Of a stretch of DNA of 64,000 nucleotides, positions 8,702 to 22,636 are shown in pieces. The DNA is from Polyangium sp. y55x31. GTDB lineage: Bacteria; Myxococcota_A; Polyangia; Polyangiales; Polyangiaceae. The notes beneath the pieces are model-generated. The model was not told the origin of the DNA and did no database searches. It was given only the letters and a program-made list of their open reading frames with translations. Positions within the stretch are counted from its first letter, which is position 1. Each line of letters begins with the position of its first letter. A program made the position numbers and the translations under genes. The DNA is taken from positions 170,927 to 234,926 of the forward strand of contig NZ_JARZHG010000009.1 of NCBI RefSeq assembly GCF_029946505.1, read 5' to 3'.

Positions 8702-10432
8702 TCACGTGAGCTCCAGCCAGGTTCGTCCATCCGAACCCCACGGCTCGTAGACGAGAACGCGCTCGCTCGCGGCGAGGTTCAGGCCGAGCAAGGCACGCTC
8801 GGCCACCGGCGAGAGGCCCAGTTCCCCGAGCACCGAGAGCGCCGTCCGAGCCACGGACGCCGCTGCCGGCGGCGGCCCCTCCCCCCGCGGCGGCGTGACG
8901 AGCCGAGGCTCGAGCGGCCCGAGCCCCGCGAAGTCCGACGCCCGAGCGACCGCGTCCGAGAAGCCCCCGAGCTCGTCGACGAGCCCACGCGCCCGCGCCT
9001 CGGTCCCGCTGTAAATGCGGCCCTGCGCGAGCTTGTCGATGTCCTCGAAGGGCCGGCCTCGGCCGCGCGCGACCACGCCCACGAACGTCCGGTAGAAGGC
9101 GTCGACCTCGGACTCGAGCACCGCACGCTCGGACGCTTCGAGCGGCCGGACGGGCGAGAACAGATCGGCGCGCGCTCCTCGCTTGACCACGTCCGTCGAC
9201 ACGCCGAGCTTCTCGAGCAGCCCGCGCAGGACGAAGTGCGCCGACACGACGCCGATGGAGCCCGTGATGACCTGGGGCTCGGCGATGATGACGCGCGCCG
9301 CCGCCGCGACGTAGTAGCCGCCGCTCGCCGCGACGTTCGAGAGGTACGCGACGACCGGCTTCTCCTTCGCGAGCAGCTCGACCTCGTGGTGGATGCGATC
9401 CGAGGCGACCGCGCTGCCGCCGGGTGAATCGATGTGCAAGACGACGGCCGCGATGCGTCGGTTGCTACGCGCCGCGCGGAGCGCCCGGACGATGCGGTCC
9501 TCGACGGCGAGCTTGCCGAGCGAGAAGCGGCTGCGCGAGACGATGGGCCCGTGCACCTCGACGAGGCCCACGACCGGCCGCGGCAAGAGCGGCCGGAAGC
9601 GGCGGGTTCGACGCGCTGCGAAGTAGTCGCCGGCCGACACCCAGCGCGCCGTCGGGGCCGGCTCCTTGCCGAGCAGCTTCGCGACCTCGTCCTCGTAGGC
9701 GACGGCATCCACGAGGCCGAGCTCGGCGGCGCGGCTCGCTCGGTAGGGCGCCTCGTCGACCCAGCGTGACGCGACCGTCACGTCTCCGCCGCACCGCTCC
9801 GCGAGCGCGCGGACGAGCGCGTCGTGACGCGCGCCGAGCACCTCGCCGAGCTGCTCGCGTTGCGCCTCGCTCATCGCGTCGCGCACGAGCGGCTCGGCGG
9901 CGGACTTGTACGTGCCGCGCGCAAAAACTTCGGGCTCGACCCCGATCTCGGCGAGGGCCCGCCGGAGGTACCGACCCGTCGCCGCGTAGCCGATCGGCGC
10001 GACGAGCGTCTCCGGACCGACGACGACGCGGCTCCCGGCGGACGCGAGGTACATCGTGTCGTTGTCCGCGCCCGTCGGCAGGTAGAAGACGACCTCCTTG
10101 CCCGCCTCCTCGAGGCTCGCGAACACCTTGCGCAGCGAGGCGAGCACGCTCGGACCGGCCGAAAGGCCGTCGAGCCGGACGAAGAGGCCCGCCGCTCGGT
10201 CGTCTCCGGCGATGAGCTCGCAGAGCTCGCGCACCCGCGTGACCGAGAGCGGCGGGCGCACGCGGCGCAGGATTCTGGCGAGCCCACGTGGCTTCGAGGG
10301 CAGCGTGTCGACGACGGGGCCGTCGAGGTCGAGCACGACGTAGCCGCCCTTCGGGATGGCGAACGCGCGCCGGAGCTGCCGGAGGGGCATCACGAGGAGG
10401 AGGAGGAGGTTCGTGAGGACGGAGCGCAGCAA
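8702..10432 (-). CDS. sppA: signal peptide peptidase SppA (protease IV, 67K type)
   Basis: N-terminal signal anchor and two ClpP/crotonase-like S49 domains. Catalytic Ser region SGGYY and Lys region are present. Confidence 0.85.
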   Translation of the reverse strand: MLRSVLTNLLLLLVMPLRQLRRAFAIPKGGYVVLDLDGPVVDTLPSKPRGLARILRRVRPPLSVTRVRELCELIAGDDRAAGLFVRLDGLSAGPSVLASLRKVFASLEEAGKEVVFYLPTGADNDTMYLASAGSRVVVGPETLVAPIGYAATGRYLRRALAEIGVEPEVFARGTYKSAAEPLVRDAMSEAQREQLGEVLGARHDALVRALAERCGGDVTVASRWVDEAPYRASRAAELGLVDAVAYEDEVAKLLGKEPAPTARWVSAGDYFAARRTRRFRPLLPRPVVGLVEVHGPIVSRSRFSLGKLAVEDRIVRALRAARSNRRIAAVVLHIDSPGGSAVASDRIHHEVELLAKEKPVVAYLSNVAASGGYYVAAAARVIIAEPQVITGSIGVVSAHFVLRGLLEKLGVSTDVVKRGARADLFSPVRPLEASERAVLESEVDAFYRTFVGVVARGRGRPFEDIDKLAQGRIYSGTEARARGLVDELGGFSDAVARASDFAGLGPLEPRLVTPPRGEGPPPAAASVARTALSVLGELGLSPVAERALLGLNLAASERVLVYEPWGSDGRTWLELT

Positions 10433-10602
10433 GGGAGCCTTTTGGATGCTGGGGAAGCAGCGGGCGCAACGTAGACCCTCGGAGGCGTGGGCGGTAGATC
10501 GGGCCGTTCCCTCCTCGGGAAGGGCGCCATACCGCCCCGGCCGCGTTATGCTCCGGAGACGAGCAGGCCGATGACGGCGCTCGAACGCGACAAGGAGCGC
10601 TG

Positions 10603-12324
10603 TTGTCCTCGTTGAACGATCCCGAGAGCCGTATGTCCCCCCCTCACCCGCGTGGCCCTTCGGATGGGCGCGGCTCGCTGCGTATCGTCCCTCTCGGCGG
10701 GCTCGGCGAGATCGGGATGAACTGCATGGCGCTCGAGCAAGGCGACGACGTCGTGCTCGTCGACTGCGGCGTCACCTTCCCGACGACCGACCTCGGCATC
10801 GACACGTACCACCCGCGCTTCGACTACGTGATCGGGCACAAGGAGCGCGTGCGCGCCGTCGTGCTGACCCACGGGCACGAGGACCACATCGGGGGTCTGC
10901 CCTATCTGCTCGCGCACCTCGACGAGGACGTCCCGGTCTACGGACCGGCCCACGCGCTCGAGCTCGTCAAGCACAGGCTCGCCGAGCACGGCTACGGCGA
11001 CGAGGAGGTCGAGCTCATCCCCGTCGCGCCGCGCAAGACGTACGAGGCCGGCTCGTTCTCGTTCGAGCCCATCCGCGTCACGCACTCGATCGTCGACGCG
11101 GTGGCCCTCGCGTTCCGGACGTCCGCGGGCATCGTGGTGCACACGGGCGACTTCAAGCTCGACCCCACGCCGCCCGACGGCGAGCTGACCGACGAAGAAC
11201 GGCTCGCCGAGCTCGGCGACGAGGGCGTCTCGCTCCTGCTCTCCGACAGCACGAACGTCGACTCGCCCGGCCGCTCGACGAGCGAGCTCTCCGTGGGCCA
11301 GACGCTCGAGGAGATCATCACGCGCGTAAAAACCCGCGTCGTCATCGGGATGTTCGCCTCGAACGTGCAACGCCTCGCCATGCTGGCGAAGGTCGCCGTG
11401 GCCACGCGGCGGCGGATCTGCTTGCTCGGTCGCAGCGTGCAGGCCCACGTCCGCGCCGCCGAGATCTGCGGCCGTCTCAAGTTCCCGAGTGATCTGCTCG
11501 TGCCGCCCGAGCACCTCGGCTCGATGCCGCGCGACCGCGTCCTCATCATCGCGAGCGGCACGCAGGCCGAGCGCATGAGCGCGCTCGTTCGCCTCGCGGC
11601 CGGCACGCACCCCTTGCTCCGGCTCGACCCGGGCGACGTCGTCGTGCTGTCGAGCCGCATCATCCCGGGCAACGACCGGCCGGTCTTCGAGATGATGGGC
11701 GATTTCCTGCGCATGGGGATCGACCTCAAGACGTGGCTCACGGACCGGGGCGTGCACGCGAGCGGGCACGCCCATCGCGAGGAGCAGACGCGCATGATCG
11801 AGCTCTGCCGGCCGCGCTCGTTCGTGCCCGTGCACGGGACCTTGCACCACCTCGTGCGGCACGCCGCGCTCGCCCGCGAGGTCGGCGTCTCGGACGTGCT
11901 CGTCGCCGAGAACGGCGAGGTGGTCGAGCTCGGCGCACGGCCTTCGCTCACCAAGGCGGCGCGCGTGACCGTCGGCAAGGTCGCGACGTACGGCGGCGAC
12001 GAGCTGCCCGACGAGGTGATCCGCGAGCGCGCGCAGCTCGGGCGATCGGGCGTGGCGATGGTGTCGATCGTGCTCGACCGGCGCGGCGCGGTCGCCGCCC
12101 CGCCGCGTGTCGTGCAGCGCGGCGTCGTCGATCAAGAGGAAGGCGCCTCCGAGGTGATGCGCGCGGCGGCGACCGCCGTGTCGCGCGCGGTCGCCGACAC
12201 GGACGGGCGGACGCGGACGAGCGACGAGGGCATGACCGAGGTCGTGCGACTCGCCGCGCGACGCGTCATCGAGGCGAAAACAGGACGCAAGCCGATCGTC
12301 GTGGTGGCGCTCTCCCGGATATGA
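10603..12324 (+). CDS. rnj: ribonuclease J (metallo-beta-lactamase / beta-CASP RNase)
   Basis: HGHEDHIGG motif, beta-CASP region, and C-terminal domain. 573 aa. Confidence 0.85.
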   Translation: MSSLNDPESRMSPPHPRGPSDGRGSLRIVPLGGLGEIGMNCMALEQGDDVVLVDCGVTFPTTDLGIDTYHPRFDYVIGHKERVRAVVLTHGHEDHIGGLPYLLAHLDEDVPVYGPAHALELVKHRLAEHGYGDEEVELIPVAPRKTYEAGSFSFEPIRVTHSIVDAVALAFRTSAGIVVHTGDFKLDPTPPDGELTDEERLAELGDEGVSLLLSDSTNVDSPGRSTSELSVGQTLEEIITRVKTRVVIGMFASNVQRLAMLAKVAVATRRRICLLGRSVQAHVRAAEICGRLKFPSDLLVPPEHLGSMPRDRVLIIASGTQAERMSALVRLAAGTHPLLRLDPGDVVVLSSRIIPGNDRPVFEMMGDFLRMGIDLKTWLTDRGVHASGHAHREEQTRMIELCRPRSFVPVHGTLHHLVRHAALAREVGVSDVLVAENGEVVELGARPSLTKAARVTVGKVATYGGDELPDEVIRERAQLGRSGVAMVSIVLDRRGAVAAPPRVVQRGVVDQEEGASEVMRAAATAVSRAVADTDGRTRTSDEGMTEVVRLAARRVIEAKTGRKPIVVVALSRI

Positions 12325-13259
12325 ACGAACCGAGTCATGCCCACGAAGTCCTCGCCGTGGCGCTCCACGCGCTCATCGCGGACGCGCGCGCGGCGCGGGC
12401 GCGGGTGCTCGCCGTCTCGGCGTCCGCGCTCGCGCAAACGCCGGGCGGCCCGACCGACGAGGAGGCGCTCCACGACTTCCGCGTGGCGCTCCGGCGGATG
12501 CGGACGATCCTCCGCGTCGCGCGCGAGGTCTGGCGGCGCAAGCGCCTCGCGCGGATCGAGGGCGAGATCCGCTACCACGCCCAGGCCACGGGCATGCTCC
12601 GCGACGAGGAGGTCCTACGCGAGACGCTCGCCGCGCTCGACCTGCCGCCCGAGACGCGCGCCGAGGTGGACGCCTGGCTCAACCGCCGCGACCGCACCGT
12701 GCGGAAAGAACACGCCGATGTGACGCGCCTCCTCCGGGACGGCCCTCCCCGTCGCGCCCCGACCTTGCCGAACGGCAAGCACATACGGCCTCTCGAGCGC
12801 TCCTTCCACGCGCTCGCCGCGCGCCTCGACGGCGACACGCCGCGGCTCGTGTCCACCGTCGATCTCGGTCACGCCGTCCTCGATCATGCCGCGCGCGACG
12901 TGGTGACGTGGGCGATGCGGGACGTCGGCGACACCGAGGCGATGCACGAGCTCCGCATTCGTTACAAGCGCCTGCGGTACACCGCCGAGCTCTTCGCCGA
13001 GCACCTCGGCGCCACCGCGACGCGCTTCGCCAAGCACGCGACGCGCATGCAGCGACACCTCGGGGAGCTCCACGACATCGACCACGCGATCGTCACGCTC
13101 TCTCGCGCGCGCGGCCTCGACGCGGCCTCGAAAGGTGCGGTCCTCGCGGCGCTCCATGCTGCCCGCGTGCGGTGCGCATCGAAGGTCGAGCCGCACCTCG
13201 TGGAGGCGCGAAGCCTCATGGATCGTGGGCCGGACGACGAGACACCCTTGCCCGTGTGA
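12321..13259 (+). CDS. CHAD domain-containing protein
   Basis: ATG 12321 overlaps the rnj stop (ATGA). The protein is helical and Arg/His-rich with CHAD-like conserved His/Arg positions. The track ORF starting at 11733 is an over-extension into rnj. Confidence 0.65.
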   Translation: MNEPSHAHEVLAVALHALIADARAARARVLAVSASALAQTPGGPTDEEALHDFRVALRRMRTILRVAREVWRRKRLARIEGEIRYHAQATGMLRDEEVLRETLAALDLPPETRAEVDAWLNRRDRTVRKEHADVTRLLRDGPPRRAPTLPNGKHIRPLERSFHALAARLDGDTPRLVSTVDLGHAVLDHAARDVVTWAMRDVGDTEAMHELRIRYKRLRYTAELFAEHLGATATRFAKHATRMQRHLGELHDIDHAIVTLSRARGLDAASKGAVLAALHAARVRCASKVEPHLVEARSLMDRGPDDETPLPV

Positions 13260-13348
13260 GCGCTCGCCGGTCTCCTGCGATTGCGCGTGACGTGATACCT
13301 TCGGGCATCCTTTCCAATCGGGCCAGCGCGCCCGAGCGAGGTGATGCC

Positions 13349-14356
13349 GTGAAGCGCTCCGCCATCTTGACCGCAACCCTTCTTTCGGCCCTGGGCCTCA
13401 CGTACGTGGGCTGTACCCAAGACTTCAACCAGTTCGAGCCCACGGGCGGCACCGGTGGCCTCGGAGGTGGAGCGAGCTCGTCGAGCACGATGAGCGGGCC
13501 CGGCGGCATGGGTGGCATGGGCGGCGTCGGCGGCATGGGCGGCGTCGGCGGCGTCGGCGGCGTCGGCGGCGTCGGCGGCATGGGCGGCTCGGGCGGCATG
13601 GGCGGCATGCCCTGCCAGAACCCCGGCGACTGCCCGGCGGACACCGCTTGCCGTGACTGGAGCTGCGTTCAGGGCATGTGCGAGGCGAACGACGCGCCCG
13701 ACGGCATGGGCCTGCCCGACCCGACGAACGGCGACTGCAAGGACCTCGAGTGTGACGGCATGGGCGGTGAAAGGGAGGTCGTCGACGAGGGCGACACGCC
13801 GCCCGGCGACGGCAACCCCTGCACGGACTCGGCCTGCGTGAATGGCATGCCCATGCACGTGCCGAACACCGGTGACCCCTGCCAGGGCGGCGTGTGCAAT
13901 GACGCGGGGATGTGCGTCGCGTGCATCGCGGACGGCGACTGCATGGGCGAAAACCCCACGTGCCTGCCCGACAACACGTGCATCTCGTGCAGCGACGGCG
14001 TGATGAACGGCGACGAGACCGCCGTCGACTGCGGCGGCAAGTGTGGCCTGTGCCCCGGCGAGACGTGCGCGGCGAACGGCGATTGCAAGAGCGCCTTCTG
14101 CGTCGACGCCGTCTGCTGCGAGACCGCCTGCACCGGCACCTGCCAGGCGTGCAACGTCGCGGGCAACCTGGGCACGTGCGTGAGCACGCCCAAGGGCACC
14201 GAGGACGCGAACGGCGCCGTGGCCTGCACGATGACGATGGCCTGCGACGGCAACGGCGCGTGCAAGCTGAAGGGCGGCGAGAAGTGCAATCAGAACAGCG
14301 ATTGCATCAGCAACATGTGCATGGGCTCGGGCGCGAACAAAACCTGCGCGCCCTGA
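13349..14356 (+). CDS. secreted cysteine-rich repeat lipoprotein with a (G-M-G-G)n low-complexity linker
   Basis: GTG 13349 gives the signal MKRSAILTATLLSALGLTYVGC (lipobox). A GGMGGMGGVGG linker follows. Five or more Cys-rich repeats (CxDxxC.../DGxC) resemble the myxobacterial cysteine-rich repeat. Confidence 0.65.
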   Translation: MKRSAILTATLLSALGLTYVGCTQDFNQFEPTGGTGGLGGGASSSSTMSGPGGMGGMGGVGGMGGVGGVGGVGGVGGMGGSGGMGGMPCQNPGDCPADTACRDWSCVQGMCEANDAPDGMGLPDPTNGDCKDLECDGMGGEREVVDEGDTPPGDGNPCTDSACVNGMPMHVPNTGDPCQGGVCNDAGMCVACIADGDCMGENPTCLPDNTCISCSDGVMNGDETAVDCGGKCGLCPGETCAANGDCKSAFCVDAVCCETACTGTCQACNVAGNLGTCVSTPKGTEDANGAVACTMTMACDGNGACKLKGGEKCNQNSDCISNMCMGSGANKTCAP

Positions 14357-14416
14357 TCGAAGCCCCCGCGCGCGCCGGGTCTCCGCGGAGGCCCGGCGCC
14401 GCTTCGCCGGCTCCGG

Positions 14417-14986
14417 CTACTGCCGGAAGATCTCCACCCGCTCGAGCACCACGTCCTGCACCGGCCGATCCGCGGCCCCGCGCTGCACGTTCGCGATCTT
14501 GTTGACCACGTCCTGACCGGTCACGACCCGGCCGAAGACCGAGTGCCTGCGGTCGAGGTGCGGCGTCGCCCGCTCCGTGATGAACCACTGCGACCCGTTC
14601 GTCCCCGGGCCGCTGTTCGCCATCGACAGCACGCCTGGCCCGTCGTGCTTGAGGTCCGGGTGGAACTCGTCGGCGAACTCGTACCCCGGCCCGCCCCGGC
14701 CCCAGTTCGGCGCCATGTCCGGGTGCCGCGTGAGCGGATCGCCGCACTGGATCATGAAGTTCGGGATGACGCGGTGGAAGCGGACGCCGTTGTAGAGCGG
14801 GCCCTGCTGCGTCTGCTTGGTCTTCGGATCCCGCCAGGGGAGCGTGCCGGTCGCGAGGGCGACGAAGTTCTTCACGGTGTTCGGCGCGCGCTCCTCCTCG
14901 AGCCGGATGACGATGTCGCCGAGCGTCGTGACGAGCCGCGCGTGGAGCTGCCCTTGGCCGGGCACGTTGATGGCCGGAAATTGCAT
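14417..14986 (-). CDS. ppiB: peptidyl-prolyl cis-trans isomerase, cyclophilin type
   Basis: [32 protein letters not shown], and other cyclophilin signatures. Confidence 0.85.
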   Translation of the reverse strand: MQFPAINVPGQGQLHARLVTTLGDIVIRLEEERAPNTVKNFVALATGTLPWRDPKTKQTQQGPLYNGVRFHRVIPNFMIQCGDPLTRHPDMAPNWGRGGPGYEFADEFHPDLKHDGPGVLSMANSGPGTNGSQWFITERATPHLDRRHSVFGRVVTGQDVVNKIANVQRGAADRPVQDVVLERVEIFRQ

Positions 14987-15032
14987 GTCTCTTCCTCTTC
15001 CTTTACCTGGGGCCTTTTGGGCCCCGACCCCC

Positions 15033-16256
<1,224 letters not shown>

Positions 16257-16545
16257 GCGAAGGGACTCTAGTCCCAGCCCCCGAGCCTTCGCAAAGCTTC
16301 GTTTTCCTCACCCACGACCGCGCACGACGTGAGGCTTCGTGCGCCTCGCATCACGTGCATTCGATGCGGCCTCACACGCGCGCAAATCCTGCGTGCGTGA
16401 TGCGCGTGGAGGAACGTCGCAGACGGACCGAGACGCGACACGTTTTCTCCGACGAGGCCTTTTTGTCGCGTATCACGACGAAAATGAAGGTACGCTCCGG
16501 AGTCGTCACCGCGTGGGGGGGAGCGCCGCGCACTGACGGAGCGCC

Positions 16546-19869
<3,324 letters not shown>

Positions 19870-19914
19870 TTTTGGTCTCGTCTGGCAGCCGCCGCGCCGG
19901 GGCGCTGCCCCGGA

Positions 19915-20200
19915 CCCCGCGGGGGCTGTCCGCCCCTCGACCCGGACCAGGGCAAGCCCTGGACTCAGGGGGGAAAAACTGCGCTACGCGCAGTTTTTCC
20001 CACAGGCCGGTGGCAAGACCGTGGAGGTTCGTCTCGTGCGGCGACGGGCGCTGCCTGTCGAGACGCCGTGTTGGCTGGCAGGGTCGTGGGTGGTCTTGAC
20101 CCTGACCCGTTCGATGAACTGCGCACCGCGCAGTTCATCGACCCCGAGTCCAGCGCTTGCGCTGGTCCGGGTCCCGGGGCGGACAGCCCCGGGTGGGGCC
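19915..20200. mobile_element. MITE-like non-coding element: ~50-bp imperfect terminal inverted repeats flanking two internal palindromes
   Basis: The left arm GGGGCTGTCCGCCCCTCGACCCGGACCAGGGCAAGCCCTGGACTCAGGGG (19922-) is about 90% reverse-complementary to the right arm ending GGGGCGGACAGCCCC (20176-20190). It lies between convergent genes and has no coding capacity. Confidence 0.4.
19971..20001. terminator. bidirectional intrinsic-terminator-like palindrome GGGAAAAACTGCGC-tac-GCGCAGTTTTTCCC (A5-stem-T5)
   Basis: Perfect 14-nt arms with an A-tract on one side and a T-tract on the other. It sits between convergent genes ending at 19869 (+) and 20239 (-). A second related palindrome GATGAACTGCGC-acc-GCGCAGTTCATC lies at 20113-20139. 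Confidence 0.5.
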
Positions 20201-20238
20201 TGGGGCAAAGCCCCAGCGAGGCGTCCCGGGTGCTTGCT

Positions 20239-21993
20239 CTAAGGCTTGCCCGCCTGCTCCTGCACGAACTTCGCGAGCAGCGCCCGATCCTTCTCGGACA
20301 GCTTGTCGTTGAACGCCGGCATGTGCCCTTCGAGCTTCGGATCCATCGCGCCCTTCGGGTACGTCTTGCCGCTGCCCGGATCATCGATCTGCGCGAGGAT
20401 CCACGGCACCGAGGCCCAGCCGCGCAGCTCCGGCGCGAGCGAGTCCTCGTCGTCCGTCTTGCCGTCGAGCCTGTGGCAGCTCGTGCATCGTTGCGACACG
20501 AGCTTCTCGCCCGGCATGCCCTCGCCCTTCTTGCCTTGCGCTTGCGCCGCGAGGAAGTCCGCGATCGCGTCGAGGTCCGGCGCGCTCATCGCCGTGAAGT
20601 TCTTCGCCGCCTCGGGATCCGCGGGCGGCTTCGTCATGCTCGGCATCTCGCCCTTGAACGCGGTCTTGCCGAACATCGTGTCGTGATCCGGCTCCTCCAT
20701 CACGCGCTTCGCCCACGCCTTCGTGCCGAAGCCCGTGAGATCCGGCGCCGTGTCCTTGCCCTTCGGCGGACCCAGATCGCCCATGCGATGGCAGTTCGCG
20801 CAGTGCTGCTCGAACAGCGCCACGCGCCGCGTCTCCGGGTGGTTGCGCAGCATCGCCAGCGCGCCCTCGGGCGGCACGCCTTCCTGCGCCAGCTTGCGCG
20901 CCTTGTCGCCTTGCGCCTCGGCCTTCGCCACGGCCTTCGCGAACTCCGCGTCGGCCGCGTCCGTGCGCATCGACGCGAACGTCAACACGCCCGCCGCGAC
21001 GCCGAACAGGCCCACCGGCACGAGCAGCGGCAGCCGCTTCATCACGCCGCGATCGGCCTTCTTGTCGATGAGCGGCAGCACGAACAGGTACCCCGCCACG
21101 AGCCCCGGGATCACCACCGTCGCGATCAGCTCGAGCTTGCCCGGGAAGGGCTTTCGCATCTCGTAGAGCGCGAGGAAGTACCACTCGGGCCGCGCCGGGT
21201 AGTCGCTCGTCGGATCCGCCGGCGCGTCGAGCGGCGCGCCGTGCCGCAGGTACGTGAGCGCCCCGATCACGCCGAGCACCAGAACGGCCACGATCACGTC
21301 GCGCGCCGCCTGCGTCGGGAAGTATCGATCCGACTTCACCGCATCCGCGGGCGTCGCGAGCGCCGGCCCGTGCTTGCGCGACAGCCACAGGTGCTTCGCC
21401 GCGATCGCGCCGAGCAGGAACGGCAAGACCACCGTGTGCAACGTGTACAGACGCGACAGCGTCATGTGCCCCGGCGTGCCTCCGCCGAGCAGGAGCTGTT
21501 GCAGCACGCCGCCGACCACGGGCACCGTCCCGATGATCCCCGTCTCGACCCTGAGACCCCAGAAGCCTCGTTGATCCCAGCGCAGCGGATTGCCCGTCAG
21601 CGCCGAGACCACGACGAGCCCCACCATCGCGATCGCGAGCCAGTACGTGAGCTCGCGCGGCTTGCGATACGCCCCGCGCACGATCGCGTAGCCCACGTGG
21701 ATCACCGCGAGCACGATCGCCGCCTGCGCGCCGAACTGATGCAGCCCGCGCACGACCCAGCCCGCCGGCACCTTCTGCTGCAGGTACGCGACGCTCGCCC
21801 ACGCCGTCGTCGCGCTCGGCGAATACACGGTCATCATCAAGATGCCCGTCACCGCTTCGAGCACGAGCACGATCCCGAGCGCCGCGCCCCACGCGTACGC
21901 GAAGCGCGCGCCGCCGGGGACGGTCGCCTCCACGAGCTTGCGGACGATCGCCCGGTGACCCGTGCGTTCGTCGAGCCAATCGCCGAGCTTCAC
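20239..21993 (-). CDS. cytochrome b (bc-complex type) fused to a C-terminal dihaem cytochrome c domain
   Basis: The cytochrome b membrane core carries conserved His ligands. Two CxxCH motifs (CANCH, CTSCH) lie in the C-terminal soluble part. The start is set at GTG 21993, giving a GTGA overlap with the Rieske stop. The track ORF 20239..22368 over-extends into the Rieske gene. Confidence 0.75.
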   Translation of the reverse strand: MKLGDWLDERTGHRAIVRKLVEATVPGGARFAYAWGAALGIVLVLEAVTGILMMTVYSPSATTAWASVAYLQQKVPAGWVVRGLHQFGAQAAIVLAVIHVGYAIVRGAYRKPRELTYWLAIAMVGLVVVSALTGNPLRWDQRGFWGLRVETGIIGTVPVVGGVLQQLLLGGGTPGHMTLSRLYTLHTVVLPFLLGAIAAKHLWLSRKHGPALATPADAVKSDRYFPTQAARDVIVAVLVLGVIGALTYLRHGAPLDAPADPTSDYPARPEWYFLALYEMRKPFPGKLELIATVVIPGLVAGYLFVLPLIDKKADRGVMKRLPLLVPVGLFGVAAGVLTFASMRTDAADAEFAKAVAKAEAQGDKARKLAQEGVPPEGALAMLRNHPETRRVALFEQHCANCHRMGDLGPPKGKDTAPDLTGFGTKAWAKRVMEEPDHDTMFGKTAFKGEMPSMTKPPADPEAAKNFTAMSAPDLDAIADFLAAQAQGKKGEGMPGEKLVSQRCTSCHRLDGKTDDEDSLAPELRGWASVPWILAQIDDPGSGKTYPKGAMDPKLEGHMPAFNDKLSEKDRALLAKFVQEQAGKP

Positions 21994-22571
21994 CCGACCT
22001 CCTTTCGCTCCGCGATCCCCTGGCGGAAGAGCTTGAAGTCCACCTCCACGTGACCGTCCACGACGCGCACGGCGAGCGGATCCATCCCGCGTGGGCTCGG
22101 CCCTGCCTCCGCCGCGCCCACGAGCGAGAACTTCGACGTGTGGCACGGGCACGAAAAACTCTTCTTGTCCGCGTTCAGATCGATCGAGCAGCCGAGGTGC
22201 GGACAAACCGCGCTGAGCGCCGTCACCACGTCGCCCTTCTTCGTCACCCAGATCGAGCCGAGCTGTTGATCCTTCGTCACGGTGTACGCGTCGCGCTCGT
22301 CGCCGACGACCACGACGCGCCGCGGCTCGCCCTCGGTCAGATCGGCGAGACGACAAACACGCATCCACCGCGCCGCGCCCGCGCCGCCCTCGGACGACGG
22401 GGCCAGCATGGTCACGGCGGGGACGACGATCGCGCCCGCGTACGCCGCGCCACCCAGCGCGACGAGCACCTTCAACGCGCCGCGACGGCCGCCGTCCGCG
22501 CGCGAAGGTTCCTCGGGACGCTCGGCCCGCGGCGGCTCGACGCCGAGGTCGTTTTGCATTGGCTCCGCCAT
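21990..22571 (-). CDS. Rieske [2Fe-2S] iron-sulfur protein
   Basis: CPHLGCS and CPCHTSKF Rieske boxes, with a TAT/Sec-like N-terminal anchor. Confidence 0.8.
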   Translation of the reverse strand: MAEPMQNDLGVEPPRAERPEEPSRADGGRRGALKVLVALGGAAYAGAIVVPAVTMLAPSSEGGAGAARWMRVCRLADLTEGEPRRVVVVGDERDAYTVTKDQQLGSIWVTKKGDVVTALSAVCPHLGCSIDLNADKKSFSCPCHTSKFSLVGAAEAGPSPRGMDPLAVRVVDGHVEVDFKLFRQGIAERKEVG

Positions 22572-22636
22572 CTCGTAGGCTCTCCCTCCGCCGCGCCCGC
22601 GCGCGGCGGTCCGAGGATACCCGAGGGGGAGGTCAC

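Noticed and set aside
10546-12135. 529-aa minus-strand ORF
   Set aside because: It is antisense to RNase J.
20068-22053. 661-aa plus ORF and 532-aa minus ORF (20381..21979)
   Set aside because: They overlap the cytochrome b-c gene and have junk composition.
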